Part shown: in pieces, positions 12,501 through 24,500 of the stretch
Layout of the letters: the number at the start of each line of letters is the position of its first letter
Numbering within the stretch: position 1 is the first letter of the stretch
Origin: Antedon mediterranea
Taxonomy: Eukaryota > Animalia > Echinodermata
DNA: 64,000 nt
Direction of reading: 5' to 3'
NCBI RefSeq assembly: GCF_964355755.1
Contig: NC_092674.1
Span: 20,770,001 to 20,834,000, forward strand
Notes under the pieces: generated by a model
Databases searched by the model: none
Seen by the model: only the letters and a program-made list of their open reading frames with translations
Told to the model about the DNA's origin: nothing
Position numbers and translations under genes: made by a program

Positions 12501-15500
12501 GCAACTTGAATTACCAATATTTGGATGAATAAATCAAGTTTTCATAATTTATCAAACAGATTCTGAGTGGTGGTGACTATCTCACTTTTGAGAGACACAA
12601 AGGAGCACAGTCGACTATGCAAGATGCTCGAACACCATCAAAACGATTGGAAGGTTTGATTCCGAAAATGGAGGACTTTCATCAACAAGCAGAATGGTTA
12701 GAAGCTGTAAGTCTGTAGTTCAGTATTGTACTTAATATACAGTAATCAACCATACAGACCTAAATCAATAAGCAATAAAGTGGAACCTATTTCCTCACCT
12801 AGGATGTAGAGTTAGATGTGTGTAGGGCTGAAAAATGCATAAACACACCTTAAAATTACCTCGGTTTTATTACATATCCTAAAGGCCAAAGTCTGTGTAA
12901 ATTGGCCTTACCAGTAATTGTGAAGACTTTCACATCAGACATATCATGATATTGATACAATTGTTCATGTATTCTTTCAGGTATGTTGGAAGCAGCTATA
13001 TGACACCAGATCAGCACGTGACATTGGTACTCTTTATGCTGCAAGAAATGTATTAAATGCCAGAAATGTGACAAAACATCCTCATAACTGCTACTATGCT
13101 GCATCTGACTTGTTGGATAAGTACACTGATAGCTATCTTGTATCTGGTGCTCTATCCTTTTTTGGTATGGCTAATGTTAACTCTGCACCATCAGTAAATG
13201 CATTTATTGGATCCCCATTAGATGTTGTTGGTAAGGAAGAGTATGTCAAGTCGACTATCACTAACTTTATAGGGACTCACATTTTTTCAGAGACGCCTAC
13301 TATTTGTGAAATCTCAACAGAAAAAACAGATTTTCAATGCAAGTTCTGTACAAAAGTGTACAAACGATCTACAGCACTAATCAAGCATGAAGAAAGAGTG
13401 CACAGGTTCCGACGAACAAAAGAATGCCCTCCAATACCTACACATGAGGAAGACCACATTTACAACTATACCAGAAAAGTACTGATACTCTCCATGCTTC
13501 GTTGCAACCACAACAATGCAATAAAGATGGGAGATGGTGGTAGAGTAGTCAGATTATATAAGTACTTCCTGTTATTTTACAAAGCAACCTCTCGCACACC
13601 AAAGTATGGTTATGGAACTTTTGAGACACTAGCCCAGATATTATGTTTGTTGACTCCAAGGCAAGCATTCAACCTTACATGGAACAGATTTGTAAATTAC
13701 AGAGGTCAACGAGACACTAATTTTCCAATGGACTTAGACGTTGAACATGCAAACAAACAGTTTAAGGAAGAATTGCATTCTTATAGAGGTGAGGTCACTG
13801 AGAAAACTATCAACCGTATAAGCAGAAGTTTGTTTTTCACCGAGGAAATTGTTAACAATTTTGACAAACAATCAAATGTCAAAAAACCAAGTGGGAAACA
13901 TAGTGATGTCGACTTCACTGAAGATGTACTTACTCTAGTAGCTCAGTTCAGCAACCTTGACTTATTTAAGTATATTCCGGGTAGGGCGTACACCACATAC
14001 CCATACGTTGAAAGCAATATGCTGAATAAGCTGGACATGGAGAAAATGAAAACATGGATGGATAAATCACTAAAGACAATTTCCAGAAAACACTATTACC
14101 CTCAACGCAGCAATTGAATGAAGGTGGGAGTGAATGACTGTAGGCCTATGTAAATTCTGTTACACTTTATCTTTAGGATTGCAACAAAAGTAAAACTACA
14201 GTCATTACTGTATAAAACATCTTCACAACACATTTATTGTGCTATTAATTTGGAGTAAATATTATAATTAAATCATCTGGAGTGTTTGTTCAGCCAGATT
14301 AACTTGATAATTTATACAAAATGAGTGTTATAAATGAAAGTTATGAAGGGATGTGCAATTTCTTTTTCCTAAATTTATGTGAATATCGACATGCTTACTA
14401 ATCATAATTTTAAAGTTTACCACAAAAGAGTTGATGTCTTGTCTTGTTTGCAAAATATGACCAATGGAAAAAAAAGGAATTTTACATTTAATACAACAGG
14501 CAGATTACTGTACTTTAAACAAAATAAAACTACTGTACTGTATAAAACGTTTCTTGACATATCTCATCATCTGTTAATTATCAGTACTCTATTGTTGAAT
14601 TGTCCTAAGGTTGTCTGTATACCACTACAGTAGACTACCTGTTGAACTTGAATAATGTAGTATTTATTGATTAAAGTATAACAACATATATCAATGTATT
14701 GTATGCATTAAAAAATTAGCGTTATAAATAGAGTGGAGTCATACAGTATTGTATATTATTATATACAGTAGATAGTTATGAAGTATAATTTGTTGCTTAA
14801 CATTGCTATACAGCCTCATTAGCAAAAAGAAAGGTTAACATTAAATCTATTATAAACCATTACCAATTACTTAATCATCATCACTGCTATTTAGTAAAGG
14901 ATGTTTTGCATGATTGTCAGAATCACTTTCACTGGACTGAGTTGAAGACTCAGATGAAGAAATGTTGTCACTATGTAACTGGTCATTAACTAATATCTGT
15001 GAATCACTAATTACAGATTTTACAATATCCCAGGAACATTCTGCATGTTCAGATGAATAAAATAAGAAATGTTGCATAAACACTGAACGATTTGGTATGT
15101 AGGGCAAATCCTTTATGATATGTTCAATAAGTTGATTACTGTACTGTGTTGAAATATTTACATTTGTGAATAATTTGTCATCTGTTAGACCACCTGCCAG
15201 TTCATTTCTATATCTATATAAATCATTTCTAATCTGGGATGTCTTTTCGATAGATACACAATTCACTTTTTTATGAAAACAAGCAGAATGCCGTGCATCT
15301 AGTTGATGGATTATCTTTTTGATGGAAATTTCTAATTGGTTGTCGTTATATGTGCATTTTGTATCACAGTTACAAGCACCATTGCATGCACATTCACATG
15401 TGCACACGGCAGCACAGACATCGCAGCACAAATGTTTCACCACACTGCATGGTTCACACTCAAAAAAGCTCATTAGTGTTTTTCTTCTACATTTATTACC

Positions 15501-18500
15501 CGAAATATATTCTTTCATTGATTCAGAAGTTCTACTTGTACTGTGGCTGTATTTAAGTAGTATTGCAAAACTCTGTTTCAATGAATCACGCCCGGCACGG
15601 CCAGTTTCTTGTAAATAATCATCCAGGTCTGCTGGTGGGCCAAGATGAATTACTGTTTGCAGTCCCTTGACATCCATTCCCATACCAAATGCAATTGTTG
15701 AAAATAAGACACGGATTACTCCATTCGGATCGGCAAATGATGACATTACGCTCTCTTTAACATCAACATCTGTTCCCTGCTGGAACATTGCCACAAATCT
15801 TCCTCTGTCATCTACATGTTTACATGTGGCGTCATATGCTTCAACACCTAAAGCCGTCATGAACATTTCGTAGAGATCTCTACAGTGACTCCTCCTCCTA
15901 CAAAACACTATTGTTCTGGATGCTTCTATTTTTTTAATTTTTAATTCTTCAATGATTGGCACAAATATGCTAAATAAAGCATCAACATCACGGAACCCTT
16001 GCTTCGTCTTAATTACTGTGTACCGAATGTTTGGTTTATTTACACCCAAATCCACTAACACTGGGACTTTCATGTGTAGATCATTAATAATAGTTGCTCT
16101 TGTTTTCTTGCTAGCAGTTGCTGTAAGAGCAATCATTGGTACAGACATTGGCAATATAGACCGTAATTCACCAATCCTGGCGTAGTGTTCACGAAATGGG
16201 ACACTCTCTCCTCCAACGGTGTGACCCCTATAAAATATGGAATACACAATTATTACAATTTTCTTGTTGTGCAAAACATATTTTCACAACAATACAATAA
16301 ACCCCAGACTTATTAATTAAAACATTGTTTGAAAGTTATTTATTTAACTACAGGTAGATCGATCACTCAAAAATGAACATTTTAATTTTCAACAGACTCA
16401 ACCTCAGCTACTCTAGTTTAATTGTGCTTAAGTTACTGTCTGTATGTAATACTGTTTTTCGTTATCCCAGTCCCATCGATTGACTAAAATGTCTTAATGT
16501 TGAAATATCAATCTTACGAAAAAATCTTACCACTTTTCTATACAGTGGCTCTCATCAACAAACACAGCTTTAACAGATTTTTGGTATGGATTGGACAACA
16601 ACATCTGCCTATGAGTTGTTAAAACAGTTTCAGGGCTTGAAAATACAATGTTGAACTTCCCACTTCTTAAATCATTGTCATCGCCAGTTTTACCAATATA
16701 AGTTGCATTCAGCTTCTTCTGATTCAGAGATTTGGTCTATAAAAAAGATACTACTAGGCTAGCACAGAATATAATCAACACATCATCATTCATAGGCCTA
16801 GGCCTAGGCCCTAATACTATTTGAAAAAAAAATATTATTATTAGTATAGGAGTAATAGTATGCCTAACCTGCCTAAATAGGCTACAGACATACATAGAGA
16901 GATAGATAATTAATAATAGAGGGGAATCATAATGCCTATACATACCTGTTCTTGCATGAGCGATAATAACGGTGTAATCACAAGTACAATGTTACAGGTT
17001 GGAGCAGCTATTCCGGTTGATAGATGTTCTAGGACAAACGGTAAAGCTGAGTAGCAAAAAGATTTACCACTTCCAGTAGGCGAACACAACAAAACATCAT
17101 TCCCTCGAATTATTTCTTCTAAAACCTTACATTGGTGGGTTTTCGCGTTTTCATATCCAAATAACTGAGTCACAGAAGCGATGCTTATCTTCACGTCTTC
17201 CATAATACAGTACTTCTTCGGCAATTGTTAATTGTAATTGAGTTGTCAATTTGTATTGTATTAATATTAATAACAAAAGAAAAGACAAAAGCACACTACA
17301 CACGTGAAAAATTTAACACCCTGGTGATCTTTTCAACGTAACAGAGCGCATGCGCAATCTAAGTTGTTAGATTTCTCAACATTCTGAAATATGAATATTA
17401 AAACAGTGTACGAGTGAGTAGCCAATCGCATGCAGCTGAAACTAGTCAACCGGATAATCGTATGCACCAAGAATTCTTGGTGTCAAACCACGTGACTTGT
17501 GCGTGTTTCCCCAGACGGAGTATCCAACTCAAGTAATACACGTATGAAACGCCATATGTGCAAAAATATTTATATTTTTACTAATATTAAGACAAAACTC
17601 CGTCTGGAGCCCAGACTAGGTGACCGCATGCAACAACACACTACTGATGACGTCTTCGTCGAACCGCCCCCCCCCCCTTGGTAACCTGACGCATTAAACT
17701 TTTTCGATATATATCGCGACGTAGTCGTCGTCGTATTTGTATTTTCCGTTTTTAGAAAATTTCCGTACGCACATTTCAAGTATATGTAATAGGCTAGGCC
17801 TACTTGCTACACCAGGTCCTACTTCAATCTAGGGCTAGTAGGCCTAGGCCTAGGCCTAGAATGTAATAGGCACTCCTTCCTAGCTAGGCCTAGGCTAGTT
17901 ACTTTAGCCTAAAAAAAAATAGGCCCTACTCAACTACTATTAGGCTAGGCCTACAATCTTCTCTTCTGGCTAGCTACCTAGGCCTATTTAGAATTGATAT
18001 GCTTACCAAACTAAGTTAGCCTGATCCTGTTTTAACAATAACAGTGTATTTGTAGGCTACTCGGCCATTAAAAGTATCTCCTGTGCGCGCCAGTTGCATG
18101 TACCGGTAGCCTACCTAGGTCTAGGGCCAGGCCCAGAGTTCTTCCCTGCCTGAAAATAATTCTGCATTGTATTATATGATTTTATGTGAACTTTATTGTG
18201 CTGGGAGGTCAAAAGTATAGAAGAAACTAATTCTTTCCTATAGACTACACCAATGACTGGTTGAAGTGACGTTCAAAGGGGGAGGGGGTGCTTTTCACAT
18301 AAAAGATGATGTGTATTATTTGTTTTTTAGAAACTTAGATTTAGAAATGGAGAGGTTTTTGTCGCTAAAGGGAATGTGTAATTCCAATATCAAACAGAGT
18401 ATTATCACACACTGGTGTAACTTAACAAATAATAAAATAAAAGCAAAAGACAAAAAAAGTTTAAGGTTGGAGTTGTAAATTTATTTTGTATAAAAATCAG

Positions 18501-21500
18501 TACTGTATAATCATGTCAATAAAGGTATATTTCAAAGTATGTATTCATCAAATTATGTGTTTTGTTTTTAGTCAAACCAACATACAATTTAGAATATACT
18601 TTATTTACAAAACAATTTTTTATTAAAATTGTTACATGATGTCATAATGTTTATCAATACCAGAGTAAAAAAAGAGATTCTTCGTAAGTACTGAAATATA
18701 TTTTGTTCCGTGACATTCTTTATCTACTTCAAATGGCTGAATCAACAGATTACAAAACAAGTATCAATTTAAAATAACTAATAAGTTATGACTGTCAGAT
18801 TTTCCCATCTCCCAAGGCAACTCCTTTCTATACTGGAATAGTTTTCTAGAGCATCCTGGTTGTTTTTCTCACGGAAAAAGTACACAATCCGTCTTGTACC
18901 ATCAGGCTTCTTCTGTGAAAGGAATATCTTGGCCATGTCAACAAATGAAGAAACTGTGGATGAAAAAAGGGAAACATTATTATATACAGTATTCAAATAA
19001 AAAAATTCAGAAACCAATACCTTCTGTAGGCAGCATCTTGGGTACCATCATTGGGATGAATTGCACTTGGATGAAGAGAGGACGGCCTAGGCCCTAGCTT
19101 ATTAGCTAGCCTAGCCCTAGGTAAACCTACTCTAATAGAAGTTTGTTTTAATTAGGGGCCTAGGTCTAGAACTTTCATTTTATGTTAGCCTGGTATTTTT
19201 GACTTATTTAACAATTGAAAAACTAAAACAGGTTGCTTGACAGAATAGCAATACAGTAGGTGGCCGATAGGCCTAGCAACAGCGTCTATCTGGAATAGCA
19301 TGTGGGCGGAGCTTACCAGCATCTCGCCGCCGATCTTAGTCTCTAAAACTGAGTAAAGGTGGTTCAGAAATCTTTTATTTTTGGTATTTGGTCGGAATTG
19401 GTCGCAAATAAAAACTGGACCACAATATATATAGATGTTATTGGTTTCACATATCTGAGCTAGACATTAGGCAATTTTAGGCATATGTCTCTAAATGGCG
19501 AATGCTGATATAAAAGACGATACATTTCGTAAAAGGCCATTGCATACTTACCGAAAATCCACCTAAAAAGCGTGTTTCTTTGTGAAAATACACATTTTAA
19601 AAAATGGAAACGCTTGTGTAACGTGTGCAAAATAGTCTCAAATCAGTCGTTAAGTGTTAAAGCACTTATTTTATTTTAAAAAACCAAAAAGGATTTCTGA
19701 AAAAAAACGACTGGTAACAAGTCTAATGCCAATCTACACGTTGGTGGCAGCATATTCAGTAATTGGCGGTGCCGCGCGTATGGGACTAAAGGGGAAGTTA
19801 GTTTATTCACAAAACAATAGAGAACAATAGCGATTTAATTGCATTAACACGCCTCAACGGCTCGTGAGTTTTCCATGTAACTTAACTCTTCCCTGATAAT
19901 ATGGTCTCAAAACTATTTCTATTATTATATTATTTTTCATCTTCAGTTTCAAAGATATTGTTAGTTGTCTTTCTAACTAATTATTATGAAGTGATGGAGA
20001 TAGATATGTCAAACATTGTTTTCCGGTAATTCTTTTAAGAACTAATAACCTGGTGTACCGCAAACTTATATCAACATTTGATTCCGCCATGCAAACCTTC
20101 AAACAATATAAAAATGGAACTCACCACCGATACCGGCGTGCAATGTTGATCTTTTCATTTTATTGGAGATGAAATTCAGTACAATGTCTTCACCAAGCAT
20201 TTTCCAGAATAAGCTAAATTTTGAATCTCCAAATTGATGTAACACCCAACGTTGTATGAATAGATGACTAAATAACTGGAAAAATACACAACGAAATATA
20301 TAATTAAACGATACATTGAAAAAGTTTGACTGCTTTTAATAAGAATAATACAGAATTGTGCAATAGAAGATTTTACAAAGACATATTAAGGGAAATACAT
20401 ACATGTGCTGCATTTTCGAGGGAAACTTGAACATCTCCACTACCTTCAACTTTAGCAGATACTGTGTTGTTGATGTAGTACAGATATTGCAAATTTATCA
20501 AGATGCTGACTGTACCCTTTTCATTGTTATAATTAACATTTGAATTTCGCATACCATGTTTTGAAAAAGTCAATACATTTACATTAACTTTAAAGGAATC
20601 ATCATATTCTATATTCCTGATGTAACTCAAAATATCTCGTGAACCTTCTGGAAATACCATCATTACTTCTTCAGATGTCATTGTGCACATACCCACTATA
20701 AAACAGTACTTTCCTTTGAACGGTGGTTGTGGCAAAGATACATGTCTGCCTCCAATCATCAATTCTGCCTTCGAGAGTAATAAGACAGAGTACTGGCCAT
20801 CACTCACGATGGGAGCAGCTTCACACCACTCAATCGATTTTATTTCAGCTCCAAGAATACTCAATGCTGAAAAAGATGCTGTAGCATCCATGGGATCTAT
20901 GTCAACGGATAAAAACGTTATCCAATCTGGGAAGACATTTTCAAGTTGACGTGTGTAATTGCGATACAAAGAGTTATACCGAACAAAATATTGAATGCCA
21001 TCTAATGTTATGACTTTATTTTTGCATTTATCACGTGACAATGTAGTTTTCATGCTACTTGTGACTACCTGTCCGTGAAGACTAAGTGGTAATTCCAACA
21101 TTTCTGTAGCCAACGATGTAATTCCAGTAGTTTCTAAAGTATCGTTACCTTTCTTTGTCCATTCATTAGTTGAAACATAATATTTTCCTTTACACGTGGA
21201 ATAATTCGAGAGTACAAAACAACCCGATGGTAGACGATTGCCGGGTGTAACTATTTTGTCAACATTGTTCTGCGAGTTCTTCTTTAGAACGAATATTTTG
21301 TCATCACTTGGGGCTAGAAAATCCGCTGCTTCCCTTCCTCTTAGGACATATGATATTTTCACAAACCCCTGATTCATACCATGAACCGAACACGTAAGCT
21401 TATTTATTGTTGAAGAAAACGATAACTTGTCTGGCTTAAAAACTACTTTATCACAATCTGTCTTAATAATTAAGTCAAGCGCTTGCTTTGGTTTAGCAAT

Positions 21501-24500
21501 AAATTCCAAATCATACACATCTCCTACCCAAACATCAGGCCACTCTGGTGTTGTTACAAATCCTTCTGCGCATATCTTTCCCATATAACCAGTCCCAGAG
21601 CAATCACATGTATAACCACCTACCGCGTTTTGAGATGTCTGACAGAAACCGTTTACACATGGCGAGGGAGCACATACTTGGATTTCTAAAATAAAAAGTG
21701 TTTTTTTATGAATTATTATTTTTCTTTGAATAATTTGAGGCCATTATGACATATCGACACTTTCAAGTCTTTAATTAGTATAACATTTCTTTAAATAATT
21801 AAAATTAATTTATTACAAAGACGTTTTTAAAAATTAAATTAACATTATCTTACCAATACATTTTGGAAATGTGCTGTTCCAGTTTCCAGATAATAGACAT
21901 TTCGCCACAATATTTTTTTTCAATGAATATCCTGAATCACAGCCAAAACTGCAGTAACTTCCGACATGATTTTCGCATGGCAATTGAATGTAACCATTTT
22001 GAGGCGACGGAACATCGGGACAAAGAATTTCTGCAAGATATATATATATGGAAGTGTCCTTGAATGCTATTTTACTACCCAGGAACAGTGAAATGTCCAA
22101 AAATAATGTAAACAGGGTTATCAAGGATGCAAGTATTATACAGGAACTTAATAAGATGAAATTGTTTGTGGCACACCATGTTTAGTTCTGAAAAGAATTG
22201 TTTGAGTTTTTCTCGAAATTGTTACAGGCCACATTTTCTTTCGTGCCATACGACAATGTATACATACTTTGAGATTTCTTTTGTAACTGAGAACCTGATC
22301 TTAAAATGTTTCAAGTTTAATGCAAATAATTTTATTTTCACGACAAACCTTCGCAACGTGTTGCATGACCACTCCACACACCGTTCGATAGGCATTTTCT
22401 CGTTGAAGACCCCAACATACGATAATTCCATTCACACTCAAAGGCACACGTTTCTCCGGTTGTAAGTCCAGTACATGTCCGGTTGCCACCAAACGGTACA
22501 CCGATTTCAACACAAGGATTTGCTGTTAATAGCATGTTCATGATGATTATTACAGATACCAAAATACATAATATGTCAGTATAGAGACGGTTTTGTCGGT
22601 ATTTTGTATATACCGTTTTACTAGTATTGTAAACCGTATATATAGTTTTCAAAAAATACAAAAAGGTACATAATCATTATAGACAGAAAATAATCAAATA
22701 ATACTGTAATATTATAATCTTAAACTGTACCTGTGCATCCTTTCATATCCTGAGAAAGTGTACATCCTTCGTGGCATTCACAACTAAAGCTACCGATTGC
22801 GTTGGCGCATATTTGTGCACATTTGTCTATTCCAATAGAACATTCGTCAATATCTGATAAATAAAGCAATTAGATTAACGTACTTTTGTTGAATTTTTTT
22901 CTAATGACGAAAACATACTATTTGAAATTATAAAATAAATTATGTTTATGTAAAAAAGTCTCAGCCAAGTAAGTAAATACTTTAGAACTGTTTGAATGAT
23001 TGAAATGCTTACCCAATAAAAGAAATATGGGTTTGCTGTAACTAATGTGCAATGTTGGTAGTGTGTCAGCAAGAATAGTGGTAATTTTAGCCGTATCCGA
23101 AATAAAATACTGTAATGTTAGAATTTCATACCTTCACAATTGTATGAATCGTATGCTTCATATCCCTCATTACAAATACACTCAAAACTACCAGGTGAGT
23201 TTGTACAGTTGTGACAATTAGCGTAGGAACATTCATCAATATCTGAACAAAAATAATTTACCAAATATATGAATGTTAGAATTTAACTTAACAGTGAAGC
23301 TCTCCCAAACGACATTAATCTACGGTCTCAAAAGTTAAATCTTGTCTCCCATGAACAATACATTAAAATAGAAAAGTATGCAATCATTTAAATAGCGTTG
23401 TGTTTATTATGGTAGAGAACCGTGATGCACTGTAGCTGCTGTGGGTCGGCAAAGTTGCACCTGTTCCATTGGTCGAATAATCGCAAATACTGGAAAATTA
23501 CGTTGAGACCAAAAGTGGCCCATTTATGTGGTGGTCTATAATCAGGAAGAACATGGACATGTCGAAACTAACATTTTTCTCTTATTAATGCAATCAAGGA
23601 ATTCCGCTGTATTTATACCACAAACTGTAAAGACATCGGAAAACAATGCATGCTGTGGTTTCTTAAAGTTGGGCTAGGTTAGCTAGTACTGTGGTCTGGG
23701 CAAACGTTTATCGTTGTGTAGCTCTGTTTGAATTGCTAGCCGATTGACCACAAAGCATTTCCATGGTGTCAGTGACTCAATTCGTTATTTCATATTATGG
23801 TGAGAACTGCGTAGTTATACTACATGGTATTTACGATTACATACCGGTGCAGTTATTTGTGCCAGAATATCCATCGTCACAAAAACATCTAAATGTTCCA
23901 GGAATGTTTTCACACCGTTGTTCACAGTTGCCATTGTTTATTTTGCACTCATCGATGTCTATTACCAAAACCAAGGAAATATACGAAAGTAATATCTCTT
24001 TTTAAATGTAGAAATAGTTATATTTCGATGTATAATAGTATCAGTCTATGGAAAAAAAGATTTAGTTCTAGTTACCATTTTCGCATCTGTCACCTTCATA
24101 TGTATCGGGACAATCACAGTTGTTAGGTCCAACACAGTTACCATTATTTTCACACCGAGGCTCACAAATAGCTAAAACATTTCATTAAAAAAAGGCCTAA
24201 GTTATTGATTGATTTTTAAAACTTTCGTTAAAAGCTGACAACTGGCTCCTACTCTCTCAAATACTGTACATCGTCCATTCTGTTGACACAATTAATCATT
24301 TTATTGCGATATTTGGAACGTATCCGGACATCTACCTCCTGGACAATCACCACCCGGACAACTACCACCCGGACAGTGACCCCCATAGGACAACTATCAC
24401 CCGGACAATTACCCCCTAGGACAATTACCCTCTAGGACAACTACCCCCTTAGGACAACTCCCACCCGGACAACTACCCCCTAGGACAACTACCTCTAGGA

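Larger units (their letters stand above)
9022..17618 (+). mobile_element. AcademH-type autonomous DNA transposon (transposase plus RecQ-like helicase)
   Basis: 9-bp TSD GGTGACCGC at 9013-9021 and 17619-17627; termini TAG...CTA; two convergent genes. These match the described AcademH lineage (helicase, 9-10-bp TSD). Confidence 0.9.
8854..19895. mobile_element. Non-autonomous TIR DNA element (~2.4 kb without insert) with 7-bp TSD, P-superfamily-like; hosts the AcademH
   Basis: TIR CAGGGAAGAGTTAA...TTACATGGAAAACTCACG at both ends; the left copy has an 8-bp internal duplication. TSD ATAATAT at 8847-8853 and 19896-19902. Inverted subterminal motif ACGCGCGGCACC near 8916 and 19770. Confidence 0.8.

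Noticed and set aside
14871-17203. Cellular RecQ/WRN/BLM gene
   Set aside because: It lies inside a TSD-bounded element opposite a transposase and lacks the extra domains of the cellular genes, so no gene symbol was assigned.
8854-19895. Outer TIRs as the ends of the helicase-encoding transposon
   Set aside because: An inner 9-bp TSD with TAG/CTA termini bounds both genes. The outer TIRs have their own 7-bp TSD.
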